DNA from: Candidatus Latescibacterota bacterium
Lineage (GTDB): Bacteria > Latescibacterota > UBA2968
Direction of reading: 5' to 3'
DNA length: 64,000 bases
Assembly (NCBI GenBank): GCA_965222605.1
Contig: OZ244960.1
Coordinates: 4,768,001 to 4,832,000, forward strand
In this document: positions 1 to 9,443 of the stretch, piece after piece
Layout: every line of letters begins with the position of its first letter
How positions within the stretch are numbered: the first letter of the stretch is position 1
Translations under genes and position numbers: made by a program
The notes under the pieces: model-generated
What the model was told of the DNA's origin: nothing
Seen by the model: the letters and a program-made list of their open reading frames with translations, nothing else
Database searches by the model: none

Positions 1-722
1 AACAGGAGATAGGAGAGCATTTTGAACACGGTATAAGAGCCGCTGCCAAAAACCACAAATTCGGGGTGCGTATCGCGCAGCGTTGCCATAGCTTTACCGA
101 TCCCGCCGTAGTGATCCGTAATGACGAGATAGGCAATGATGCCCACGAGAATAAATACGGTTGTTTGAAAGGTATTTGCCCAGGCGGTACTTCGCATCCC
201 GCCATAGGTTACGTACAAAAATGTCACGCCACATACGAGCAAACTGCCAGCCCAACCCGGCCACTCACCGCGCGTGATTGCCGCGAGTGCATCGCCCCCG
301 CCTTTGACTCCTATCAGGATGTAGGGTAGCATCAACAACACCACGACGACAAATAAGAGCGTTCCCAGTGCCGGGGATGTATAGCGATCCCGGATCATTT
401 GGATTTGGGTGACATAAGAGAACCGTTTGCCCAGCCACCAGCTTTTTGTGCCGAGATAATAAAAGAGAAATGGAATCAAAATGGACGAACTCGCGCCCAT
501 CAGACCGAAGACGACAATTCCCAGACGATAGGCTTCTCCAGATGCCCCCAGCATTGTAAATGCAGTGAGATTGGTGCCCAACAGCGTCATCAACAGGACT
601 ACGGGACCAATGCTTCGGCTTGCGACAAAGTAATCTTCTGCGGTATTGCGAAATAGCCGATGCCCCAGGGTGCCGACTACTATGACCAGTCCCAGATAAA
701 TTGCGACAACCGCAATAATCAT
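1..722 (-). CDS. Sodium:solute symporter (SSS/PutP-PanF family), 5' part; runs off the window start
   Basis: Manual minus-strand translation from ATG at 722 gives MIIAVVAIYLGLVIVVGTLGHRLFRNTAEDYFVASRSIG...YVTYGGMRSTAWANTFQ. The EDYFVA and GGMR motifs are typical of SSS. Start overlaps the stop of the upstream small membrane gene. Confidence 0.9.
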   Translation of the reverse strand, partial: MIIAVVAIYLGLVIVVGTLGHRLFRNTAEDYFVASRSIGPVVLLMTLLGTNLTAFTMLGASGEAYRLGIVVFGLMGASSSILIPFLFYYLGTKSWWLGKRFSYVTQIQMIRDRYTSPALGTLLFVVVVLLMLPYILIGVKGGGDALAAITRGEWPGWAGSLLVCGVTFLYVTYGGMRSTAWANTFQTTVFILVGIIAYLVITDHYGGIGKAMATLRDTHPEFVVFGSGSYTVFKMLSYLL

Positions 723-934
723 TCCGCATCCTCCTCATCTAAATGATGAGGCCATGCCAGGCGCACAATCACGAGCATAGAGAGTGAGGTCAAGACACAC
801 AGGCCGATGTGGTAAAGCAAATTGATTGGCAATCCCAGGATCAGTGTGTCGGTGTCCCACATCCAGAAATTAAAAAATAAAATTAGGAGAATGAGCAAAA
901 CACCGAGAGGCCAGATTTTTGTCTGTTGTGACAT
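719..934 (-). CDS. Small membrane protein (DUF3311-like SSS accessory protein)
   Basis: MSQQTKIWPLGVLL...FWMWDTDTLILGLPINLLYH has two hydrophobic segments. GGAG RBS upstream; coupled to the SSS gene. Confidence 0.75.
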   Translation of the reverse strand: MSQQTKIWPLGVLLILLILFFNFWMWDTDTLILGLPINLLYHIGLCVLTSLSMLVIVRLAWPHHLDEEDAE

Positions 935-957
935 AAAATTCTCCTTTTTGTTTTGCT

Positions 958-1929
958 CTATGGCCTTTGCGCGCCTTTGGCTTCGACGTACACTGAGTAC
1001 AAACACATGCCGCCTGTCATGAAGAGGCGGTTTTTCTTTTGCCCGCCAAAGCAGAGGTTGGAACACACTTCGGGCAGGTGAATTTTGCCAATGAGGTCGC
1101 TATCGGGCGCGAAAATTTTGACTCCGTTATCTTCGGGATTGCCCCAACCCGAGCTGCTCCACAGGTTGCCGTCGATGTCGCAGCGAATGCCATCGGCAAA
1201 TCCGGGCGCCATGTCGGCAAAGATGCGACTGTTTTTGAGTCGGCCATTTTCCACATCAAAAGCGCGAATATGCGCGGGGCCTCCCAGTCCATGGGAGGAG
1301 CCAGTATCGGTGATGTAGAGAATTTTTTCGTCGGGTGAGAAACACAGCCCATTGGGGCGCACAAAATCGTCGGCAACGACTGTGGCGTTTCCGGTATTGG
1401 GATCGAGGCGATAGACGTTGGTGGGCAGTTCGTAGTCGGCAATGTGACCTTCGTAGTCGAGCGCGATGCCGTATCCCGGATCGGTGAACCATATACTGCC
1501 ATCGGAGTGCGCGGTGATGTCATTGGGCGCATTGAGCGGTTTGCCCTCAAAGCTGTCGATGAGAACGGTGATGGTTCCGTCGTATTCGGTGCGGGTGACG
1601 CGGCGCATGCCGTGTTCACAGGTAATCAGACGGCCTGCTCGGTCGCGGGTGTGTCCATTGCAATAATTGGAAGGTTGACGATAGACGCTGAGGCTGCCAT
1701 CGATTTCGTTCCAGCGCATGATGCGATTGTTGGGAATGTCGCTGAAGAGCACACAACGCGCATCCCCAAACCACACCGGGCCTTCGCCCCAGCGCAGGCC
1801 AGTACAGAGACGCTCGACCGCGGCGTTGCCAATGGCGTATTTTTCAAAGCGCGTGTCCAGAATTTCAATGGCGGGATCGGGATAGGGAACAGGGCTGCCG
1901 TCCCACGGACGGGTTTTCCATTCGGACAT
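958..1929 (-). CDS. SMP-30/gluconolactonase family protein
   Basis: Motifs WGEGPVW, FSDIPNNR, PNDI, PNGLCFSPD and ADGIRCD. Confidence 0.93.
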   Translation of the reverse strand: MSEWKTRPWDGSPVPYPDPAIEILDTRFEKYAIGNAAVERLCTGLRWGEGPVWFGDARCVLFSDIPNNRIMRWNEIDGSLSVYRQPSNYCNGHTRDRAGRLITCEHGMRRVTRTEYDGTITVLIDSFEGKPLNAPNDITAHSDGSIWFTDPGYGIALDYEGHIADYELPTNVYRLDPNTGNATVVADDFVRPNGLCFSPDEKILYITDTGSSHGLGGPAHIRAFDVENGRLKNSRIFADMAPGFADGIRCDIDGNLWSSSGWGNPEDNGVKIFAPDSDLIGKIHLPEVCSNLCFGGQKKNRLFMTGGMCLYSVYVEAKGAQRP

Positions 1930-2051
1930 TTTTTCTCCTTAGAGGTGATTTGATGCCTGCGCGTACAATGGGCTTCAACGAGCACCGTGCTTATGGCGAA
2001 AAGGCTACGCTGCACTGCGATTGGGTAGAAGAGGGAATGGAAGGAGGGGAT

Positions 2052-2798
2052 CTAATCCAACGAAAATTCTATTGGCATAATCATCCAGACTTTGCGGCGT
2101 TCTCCCTGATGTTTGCCGGGGCGAAATCGGAATTGCCACGCTGCGGCCAATGCCGCTTCTCTAAAAATTTCTGGGCCGTGAATAAACTGGACATCTTCTA
2201 CATTGCCTACCTTGTCAACCAGTACTTTGACCGTGACTTTGCCTTCGATGTGTTTTTTTCGCGCTTCGGCGGGATATTCCGGCGTGACAATTCGGCTTGG
2301 ATGAGGTTTGTAGTCGATCTCTGTATAGTCGAGAGGTGCGTCTGTGTCGTTTCCCTCTGTGCTTGCCAAATTGGGTATAAATATTTTGTCGAGGTCCAAT
2401 TCGGTTGATTCAATTGTCACATCTTCGGGTATCTCGTCGCCTTCAACGGCCAGAGGCACTTGAGGGCGCGGTGGCGGTGGCGGGCGCTTTTGTTGACTTG
2501 TTTCGGGAATATCAACTCTGAGAACTTTGGGGACGGATTGCGTCAGATGTACGGTGGGATGGTATTCGGGATAGAGCCAAAAAACGGCGATGAAGATTAT
2601 GAGATTCAACAGGCTCGCACGCATCATATTCGGCCAATAGGGCAACTTCAAGTCAGCAGAAGGGATTTTTGATCGCGTCTCTATCTGGACATCGCAGGGC
2701 TGGGCAGATAGTCTTTTTTGAAATTCGCGTTGCGCGCTGCGCGCCCGATAAATTTGACCGCTTAGCGTATTTCCAAATCTAATCTGGACGAGGTTCAT
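2052..2798 (-). CDS. TonB family energy transducer (start uncertain)
   Basis: TM helix, Pro-rich linker (RPPPPPRP) and TonB_C domain PEYPAEARKKHIEGKVTVKVLVDKVG...WQFRFRPG. Confidence 0.88.
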   Translation of the reverse strand: MNLVQIRFGNTLSGQIYRARSAQREFQKRLSAQPCDVQIETRSKIPSADLKLPYWPNMMRASLLNLIIFIAVFWLYPEYHPTVHLTQSVPKVLRVDIPETSQQKRPPPPPRPQVPLAVEGDEIPEDVTIESTELDLDKIFIPNLASTEGNDTDAPLDYTEIDYKPHPSRIVTPEYPAEARKKHIEGKVTVKVLVDKVGNVEDVQFIHGPEIFREAALAAAWQFRFRPGKHQGERRKVWMIMPIEFSLD

Positions 2799-3026
2799 GC
2801 GACTCCCGTTTAATAAACAGTTTTGATCAGTCAGGTATTCTTTAAATCTTCAACCAAAAATAAAGTTCCAATTCCACTGATGCAGATGGGGAGCAGAGAG
2901 CCACAATGTATATGAGTCTGGGGCGTTTGTCCAGACGAATCCGTATCAAACCAGTTGTGTTTTGAGGCGATGGTTTGTAATATAAAGGGGATATTTGGGT
3001 TATGATAAACTTATTGGAGGAAAAAA

Positions 3027-4028
3027 ATGAATCGTCAGATTACGCTGGCTGCACGTCCCAAAGGATTTCCCTTGCCGGAGGATTTTAAGCTCGTTGAAAC
3101 GCCCATTCCAGAGCCTGGGGAAGGCGAAGTACTGTCGAGAACGCTGTTTATGTCGGTTGATCCCTATATGCGCGGGCGGATGAATGATCGGGCATCGTAT
3201 GCGGCAAATGTACAAATTGGCGATGTGATGGTGGGCGGCACGGTGGGTGAGGTGGTTGCGTCGAATGATTCCGATTTTGAGGTTGGCGATATTGTCCAGG
3301 CGCAAATTGGATGGCAGGCTTATGGCGTGTCTAAGGGATCAAATTTGCGCAAGGTCAATCCAGACCTTGCACCTGTGTCAACGGCTTTGGGGGTGTTGGG
3401 CATGCCTGGGCTTACGGCGTATTTTGGATTGTTGGAAGTTGGACAACCCAAAGAAGGCGAGACCGTGCTGGTGACAGGTGCTGCTGGTGCTGTGGGATCA
3501 ATTGTGGGACAAATCGCCAAGATCGTAGGCTGTCGCGTTGTAGGGGTGGCGGGATCGGATGAAAAGATCGCCCATGTGGTTGATGAACTGGGTTTTGACG
3601 CCGCTTTCAATTACAAGGAGGTCGATGATTACAGTGCTGAATTGCAACGCCAGTGTCCCAATGGCATTGATGTATTCTTCGACAATGTGGGTGGCGCGGT
3701 TTCCGATGCGGCCTTTCCCTTGATGAATGTACGCGGTCGCATTTCCGTTTGCGGGCAAATATCGCAATACAATTTGACCGCTCCAGAACAAGGCCCGCGG
3801 ATGATGTGGTATTTTATTTCACAAAGATTGACGATGCGCGGTTTTCTGGTCTTTGACTTTGAAGACCAGCATGCCGAAGCGCTCAAACAGATGGCGGTTT
3901 GGGTCAATGAAGGAAGGATTAATTATCGGGAAGATATATGGGAGGGGTTGGAGAATGCGCCCGAGGCATTTATCGATATGATGCGGGGTGGTAATGTCGG
4001 GAAGCGCGTTGTAAAGGTGGCAGACTGA
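3027..4028 (+). CDS. NADP-dependent oxidoreductase (CurA/prostaglandin reductase-like MDR)
   Basis: SVDPYMRGRM, GMPGLTAYFGL, GAAGAVGS, FDNVGG and CGQISQYN motifs; GGAGG RBS. Confidence 0.93.
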   Translation: MNRQITLAARPKGFPLPEDFKLVETPIPEPGEGEVLSRTLFMSVDPYMRGRMNDRASYAANVQIGDVMVGGTVGEVVASNDSDFEVGDIVQAQIGWQAYGVSKGSNLRKVNPDLAPVSTALGVLGMPGLTAYFGLLEVGQPKEGETVLVTGAAGAVGSIVGQIAKIVGCRVVGVAGSDEKIAHVVDELGFDAAFNYKEVDDYSAELQRQCPNGIDVFFDNVGGAVSDAAFPLMNVRGRISVCGQISQYNLTAPEQGPRMMWYFISQRLTMRGFLVFDFEDQHAEALKQMAVWVNEGRINYREDIWEGLENAPEAFIDMMRGGNVGKRVVKVAD

Positions 4029-4100
4029 GATAGATATGACAGATTAATGGACGCAGATTAAAAATGGACAAAAGCAGTTTACTGGCAGTGGCGGTGCGGG

Positions 4101-4137
4101 GAATCCTGTTCATCCTTTCATCCTGAAAATCCTGATC
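4101..4137. repeat. Intergenic ATCCT-periodic repeat element
   Basis: ATCCT at 4103, 4112, 4120 and 4129 (gaatcctgttcatcctttcatcctgaaaatcctgatc), between convergent genes. Confidence 0.65.
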
Positions 4138-4142
4138 CGCTC

Positions 4143-5282
4143 TTATTTTTGGGATGTAATTACCAGCGCGCCGATGGCATACATCCCACCTCCAATGAGA
4201 AAAATCCAGTCCGACGACAAATGCATCTGCTGCGTCATCCATCCGAGCACAGGGCCTGTTGCCGAGCCGAGATCAAGTGCTGTTACATATCCGGCAACAG
4301 AACGCGAACCGCGCATTCCCGATTCGGCAGATATTACCACAGTTGCACCAACACCGCACAGGAAGAACACGATCACGCACAAGGCGAACAGACCCATATT
4401 TGATGCGATTGACGCAGAGAACAGAGCCAACATCCCGGTGCCAAAATAAATGATTGCACTCCATCGCCGTCCCAACTGATCGCTGATGTGGCCGAGAAAA
4501 GGGGCACCGAGCGCGTCGGCGATCCACCGTGAAGATAGCAGCAGGCCGTTCAATGTGGCTACGCCAATGACCATACCCAATAGGGTCAGCGATGTGCCTA
4601 TGGTGTCAACGAGAACCACACCCAGTGTTGACATTATCATCCCCGGCCCAACGCACCCGATCACAAATCCGCAAATCATTAATTTGGGTACCCAGCCCGA
4701 GTCCTCAACGCCTTCTTTATTTGTATTTTTTTCGAAAACAGCAAGTCGCGCGATCCATCCCAGGGGCGTTCCCAGCAACGAGATGATTGCAAAAAAAAAG
4801 AGTGTGAGTGTAAATCCAACGATGTCGTGGGCCAGCCCGCCTAAAAAATTGCCCGCCAACGATCCAAGGCGCGATACGCCGTTGTAGAATCCCATCCTTT
4901 GACCGATCATAGATGGCGGCGTGGTATCTACCACGGTCATCAAACCAATCTGGCGTATAAATGACCAGGATAATCCCCAGAGCATGCGCGCGATAAGCAA
5001 GATGGGAAAAGAGGTGACAACGCCGTAAACAGCGGTCAACACGGCTCCGAGAATCAGTGCGCCTGTCATCAAAGCCGTCAGATTATAGCGCTGGCACAAT
5101 TTTTCAGCCAGGGTGTTCGTTATCAGGCGCACCCAGCGATTTACCGAGAGAATAACGCCAACCTGATAAGGCATCAGTCCAATTTCGGCATAATGCGTTG
5201 GCAACACGGAGTACAGCATCTGGTCGCCCAATAGCGAAAATGCCGTGGCCAATGCAATGAACACTACGGATGACTGCATCAT
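4143..5282 (-). CDS. MFS transporter
   Basis: 379 aa with about 12 hydrophobic segments and a motif A-like GHISDQLGRR. Confidence 0.9.
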   Translation of the reverse strand: MMQSSVVFIALATAFSLLGDQMLYSVLPTHYAEIGLMPYQVGVILSVNRWVRLITNTLAEKLCQRYNLTALMTGALILGAVLTAVYGVVTSFPILLIARMLWGLSWSFIRQIGLMTVVDTTPPSMIGQRMGFYNGVSRLGSLAGNFLGGLAHDIVGFTLTLFFFAIISLLGTPLGWIARLAVFEKNTNKEGVEDSGWVPKLMICGFVIGCVGPGMIMSTLGVVLVDTIGTSLTLLGMVIGVATLNGLLLSSRWIADALGAPFLGHISDQLGRRWSAIIYFGTGMLALFSASIASNMGLFALCVIVFFLCGVGATVVISAESGMRGSRSVAGYVTALDLGSATGPVLGWMTQQMHLSSDWIFLIGGGMYAIGALVITSQK

Positions 5283-6004
5283 GGATGATGTTCGACATTT
5301 TCTCCGCGATGCTCGCCGTCGATAAATGCCTGCGAAAATGCCGTTACCTGTGTAATCGCATCTTCCACGAGTGCTGCACCGGCTTCTGCTGTGGCTTCCA
5401 GAGGTTCCTTATCTACTTGATCCTGCATTGCATCGTGGCGCACGTTTTCGGGCCATAATGCGAGGGCAAATGCCGTTTCAAATTCCTGTGCATGTCCCGG
5501 ATAGCGTTTTGTTTTCAAATTTTGTTCGGCAACATCCTTTGACATGAGATCCCAATAAGAAGTCCATTGCAGATTTACGTCGGGGCGGTCGATCTTGAAA
5601 AACAGCCGCCATTGACCAAATATGCCCCGCAAGGGTGCTACATTGCCGCCGTGACCATTTAGCACAAGGACATTTTTTACGCCATGGCGTACCAGGCTTT
5701 CGACTGCGTCGAATAACACGGCCAACCACGACCCGGGTTTGGCCGTCACGGTTCCTTTGTGTACCATGTGGTGTTCGGAGATGCCTACGGCCATTGGCAC
5801 GTTGACAATTACCTGGGGATATAATCGCTTGGCTGCCTCCACCGCGACATGGGTCGCTGACGCGGTATCGTGTTCCATGGCGAGATGCTCCAAATGCTGC
5901 TCGTTGCTTCCCACCGGAATAATCGCCGTTTGAAATTCTCCACGCGCCAGTGCTTCCCGAAACTCGCGTCGCGTCAATTTCGCCAGCAGAACTTGTTCGG
6001 TCAT
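5279..6004 (-). CDS. Creatininase/creatinine amidohydrolase family protein
   Basis: PVGSNEQHLEHL..D, NGHGGN and HAQEFET metal-binding motifs. Confidence 0.9.
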   Translation of the reverse strand: MTEQVLLAKLTRREFREALARGEFQTAIIPVGSNEQHLEHLAMEHDTASATHVAVEAAKRLYPQVIVNVPMAVGISEHHMVHKGTVTAKPGSWLAVLFDAVESLVRHGVKNVLVLNGHGGNVAPLRGIFGQWRLFFKIDRPDVNLQWTSYWDLMSKDVAEQNLKTKRYPGHAQEFETAFALALWPENVRHDAMQDQVDKEPLEATAEAGAALVEDAITQVTAFSQAFIDGEHRGENVEHHP

Positions 6005-6738
6005 CGCGTTTCTCCTTGTGTTGTTTGTGTATAATACTCCGCGGTCTGGTCAGGTGGTGCCACCGCGCCATTTTGCGTCTTGTGGCGGATCAAGCCCCGC
6101 ATTGCCTTAAACATGACATAAATTGAAATGGTTGCCCAGACAAATGCAATTGGATATGCCAGTATCTCTATGCCGAAATATCGCGCTAAAATCCCCGCAT
6201 CGGTGCGTTCTGTCTGCATCCACAAATCCGTGCGAAAATCGTATAAACTGTACAAACACAAGACAATACCGATCCAGGTTGCCAATACATGGGACAAACG
6301 ATCAAATCGAATTGTTACGATAATCAATAGGAGACCACAGATCGTGCCAAACCAGAAATCGAGTGTCCCAAATGGCGTGTACAGTGCAGCCATTCCAATT
6401 TGCAAAGTGCCAACCAGACCGAGCAATATCCTTTGCATGCCCAGCCATCGGCCCGTATAAATCAGCAACGCACCGAGAATGGCGGACCCGATATAACCCG
6501 CTGAACTGATGAGCGGAAATATTCCCCCTCGGCTGATTACATGCCCCGACTCATTCCACCGCACGCGCAGTTCCTCTACTTCACCGCCTGTTGCAATGGC
6601 CATGCTCGCATGGCCCATTTCGTGAATCCACACCACAAATACGCGAAAAGGTTTTATCACGGGCGTGTCCCACAAGACCAGCGCGACAATCGCCAATAGC
6701 AGATGCAACCAGAATGTCCGTATTACATGCATTATCAC
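6001..6738 (-). CDS. Membrane metallopeptidase, M50B-like
   Basis: HEMGH (HExxH) within a TM region, AGYIGS, and a later TDA motif. Confidence 0.85.
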   Translation of the reverse strand: MIMHVIRTFWLHLLLAIVALVLWDTPVIKPFRVFVVWIHEMGHASMAIATGGEVEELRVRWNESGHVISRGGIFPLISSAGYIGSAILGALLIYTGRWLGMQRILLGLVGTLQIGMAALYTPFGTLDFWFGTICGLLLIIVTIRFDRLSHVLATWIGIVLCLYSLYDFRTDLWMQTERTDAGILARYFGIEILAYPIAFVWATISIYVMFKAMRGLIRHKTQNGAVAPPDQTAEYYTQTTQGETR

Positions 6739-6886
6739 ACTCCCGAATACAAAAGCGATGGTTGACGACCACCGCTCTGTATATGCACAAATCGGATTCT
6801 ACACACAATAGAAAAAAGCGACCCACGCCATGGCCTATCAACCACAGATATAGTTTCAAAAATCGGAATTTTCAATATAAAATATT

Positions 6887-6915
6887 TTGACAAATATAGT
6901 CATGTTATTTATAAT
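6887..6915 (+). promoter_or_regulatory. Consensus sigma70 promoter
   Basis: TTGACA (6887-6892), 17-bp spacer, TATAAT (6910-6915), upstream of the gene at 6978. Confidence 0.8.
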
Positions 6916-6977
6916 CCGTCATGTAATTGATGATCGCTAAAAAAAGCCGGGGAGAATGTCGTGCAAAGGAGGTTGTT

Positions 6978-8369
6978 ATGTCGATACGTATCGTTGTGAT
7001 CGCGCTTGCCACATGCGTGATGTGGAGTTGTGGAGTTGAGCGCGTGACGCAGTTGCAGGAGACAGAGACAAACGGTCAGGTCGGACAGCGACTGAGTAAA
7101 TTGACCGCGCAACACGATGCCTTACAGGCGGTGGTGATGTTTACCCTATCGCAGGATGGCACCCCAGTGACCGGTGCAGCTATAGAATTTGCGCGGTCTA
7201 TTGCTGGACGGGCTCCAGACTATCAGTGGTCGGGCACAACCGATGAGAATGGTCAGGCAGAACTGAAACTTTCAGGGGACAATGTGACGGGTTATTATCA
7301 GGCGCGCTCCTGGAAGGATGAGGTTCAGATCGGTTCATGGTCGAGCATTCCGATTAACGCAGGTTACAAGGTGTTGCTGGATTTGCCCATTGGTGGGAAG
7401 GCTCGCGTGACAGGCTCATCCGCGCTGGTAGAGCCTAAAGAGACCATCGTTTTCAGCGACCTGAACTGGGCCAGTGTCCAGGTGCAGAACCGCATCGCCC
7501 AGTATATCGTCGAGAAGGGCTACGGCTATCCTACCGACGTGATCTCCGGCACCACGATACCCCTGCTTGGGAGACTACGCAGAGGCGACACCCACGTTAC
7601 TATGGAGATCTGGCTGCCCAACCAGGAAGAAGACTGGGTAGAAGCTCAAGCCGCTGGCGAAGTGATTCTCGTGGGCCCAAGCCTGGGCAAGGACTGGCAG
7701 TCGGCGTTTGTCATTCCCGCGTATCTCCAGGAGCAGTATCCCGACCTGGACAGCGTAGATGATCTCAAGGACGACCGCTTCAAGAACCTGTTTGTGACCG
7801 CGGAGACTGGAGGCAAAGCGCGCCTGATGTCCTGCGTTATCGGCTGGAGCTGCGCGGAGATCAATGTCGCCCAGGTCAAAGGCTACGGCCTATCTGACCA
7901 CGTACATATCGTCACCCCCGAGGATGCCGCCGCTCTGAACGCCGACCTGTACAGTGCCTACGAGAAACGCGAGCCCTGGCTCGGCTACCAGTGGGGCACC
8001 AATGACCCGGCCTTGCTCCTGGACCTGGTACGGCTCGAGGAGCCCGCATACAGCGACGAGTGCTGGTCTACGAACAAGGCCTGCGCCTACGAAGACGCAA
8101 CGATCCTGATTGCGGTGCATTCCAGTCTGCCGGCCAGGGCCGCGGACGTCGTCGAGATGCTGCGGGCCTGGAGCCTCGACATCAACCTCTACAAAGAAGT
8201 TGCCGCTTGGCAGCACGATAACCCGGAGGCCAGCACGAACGACGCAGCTCTCTGGTGGTTGCGCTCCAAAGCCGACCTTTGGAGCGGCTGGGTTACCAGC
8301 AATGCCGCTGCCGCCATCCAGGCCGCCCTCGCCGCCAACGAAATACCCGATGGCTGGCCGAAAGAGTAG
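6978..8369 (+). CDS. Lipoprotein: N-terminal beta-sandwich module fused to a glycine betaine ABC substrate-binding domain (OpuAC/ProX-like)
   Basis: AGGAGG RBS and lipobox VMWSC. The C-terminal part carries FSDLNWAS, MEIWLP, CVIGWSC and WLGYQWG, typical of betaine-binding proteins. Confidence 0.82.
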   Translation: MSIRIVVIALATCVMWSCGVERVTQLQETETNGQVGQRLSKLTAQHDALQAVVMFTLSQDGTPVTGAAIEFARSIAGRAPDYQWSGTTDENGQAELKLSGDNVTGYYQARSWKDEVQIGSWSSIPINAGYKVLLDLPIGGKARVTGSSALVEPKETIVFSDLNWASVQVQNRIAQYIVEKGYGYPTDVISGTTIPLLGRLRRGDTHVTMEIWLPNQEEDWVEAQAAGEVILVGPSLGKDWQSAFVIPAYLQEQYPDLDSVDDLKDDRFKNLFVTAETGGKARLMSCVIGWSCAEINVAQVKGYGLSDHVHIVTPEDAAALNADLYSAYEKREPWLGYQWGTNDPALLLDLVRLEEPAYSDECWSTNKACAYEDATILIAVHSSLPARAADVVEMLRAWSLDINLYKEVAAWQHDNPEASTNDAALWWLRSKADLWSGWVTSNAAAAIQAALAANEIPDGWPKE

Positions 8370-8385
8370 CCCCGCGCCTGTCTCA

Positions 8386-8416
8386 AAAGGGCTTATGATC
8401 AAATCATAAGCCCTTT
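8386..8416. terminator. Bidirectional rho-independent terminator
   Basis: Hairpin aaagggcttatgat-caa-atcataagcccttt between convergent genes. Confidence 0.75.
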
Positions 8417-8446
8417 GTTAATGATGGTCTTGCAAGGGTAACAAAC

Positions 8447-9421
8447 CTATCGTCCGGATTCCAGGTTCACGGAAACGGCGTTCAATCTGTCTCGCAATGC
8501 GGCATCCAGAACCCATCCCACGCCCCCGATATTGTCTTCTAAATGCGCGATGGTGTCGCCACCTGTAATTGCTACGGTCACTTCGGGGTGCGATAGGACC
8601 CATGATAGGGCGACTTGTCCCGGCGTTTTGTCCAGTTCATCTGCTATATCAAACAGGGTTGTTAGAACTTTTCCCTCTGCGCCCGCCATCATGGTTTCGT
8701 ATTGGTGCATTTGGCGTTTTGCCCACAGCGAACCTTCGGGTGGAGGTGCGTCGGGTTTGTAAAATCCGCTCAACAGTCCCACGGCTAACGGACTGTAAAC
8801 CATCACTCCCAGACCCTCGCTTCGCACAAAGGGAAAAATCTCTCGCTCCAATGCGCGGTGTAGCAAATTGTAAGGATTCTGCATGCACATATAAGGCACC
8901 AGATTCAATGTGTGTTGAATCCAGAGTGCTTTGCACGCTTGCCATGCCGAATGGTTGCAGCACCCGATATAGCGCACTTTGCCCTGATGTACCAGATCGT
9001 CCAATGCGCGTGCGGTTTCTTCAATCGGTGCCGATTCATCGAAGTTATGCACGAGATACACGTCGATACAATCGATGTCCAATCGGTTCAGCGATCGCTC
9101 TACTTCTCGCATGATGTGATAGCGGGATAGACCTTGATCATTTGGTCCCGCGCCGACGCGGCTAAATACTTTCGAGGTAATCACCACATCGTCGCGCTTG
9201 CCCTTCAAAGCTTTGCCCAGCACGACTTCTGAACGCCCGATATGCGTGCGATCATCACCGGGACCATAGGTATTGGCGCAGTCGATCAGGTTTATGCCCA
9301 GATCTATCGCCCGCTCAATAACCCTTTGACCTTCTGCCTCGTCTGCCTGTCCGCGAAATCCCAGACCCAGTGCCAGCCGACTTACTTTTACACCCGCAGA
9401 ACCAAAGTTGACATATTCCAT
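8447..9421 (-). CDS. Aldo/keto reductase
   Basis: DCANTYG, VITSK, SLNRL.IDCIDVYLVH, GKVRYIG and YSPLAVG. Confidence 0.93.
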   Translation of the reverse strand: MEYVNFGSAGVKVSRLALGLGFRGQADEAEGQRVIERAIDLGINLIDCANTYGPGDDRTHIGRSEVVLGKALKGKRDDVVITSKVFSRVGAGPNDQGLSRYHIMREVERSLNRLDIDCIDVYLVHNFDESAPIEETARALDDLVHQGKVRYIGCCNHSAWQACKALWIQHTLNLVPYMCMQNPYNLLHRALEREIFPFVRSEGLGVMVYSPLAVGLLSGFYKPDAPPPEGSLWAKRQMHQYETMMAGAEGKVLTTLFDIADELDKTPGQVALSWVLSHPEVTVAITGGDTIAHLEDNIGGVGWVLDAALRDRLNAVSVNLESGR

Positions 9422-9443
9422 AAAATCTGCTCCCGTTAATTAT

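Noticed and set aside
2799-3026. Cobalamin or other riboswitch upstream of TonB
   Set aside because: There is one small hairpin (about 2914-2940) but no B12-box or other recognisable aptamer.
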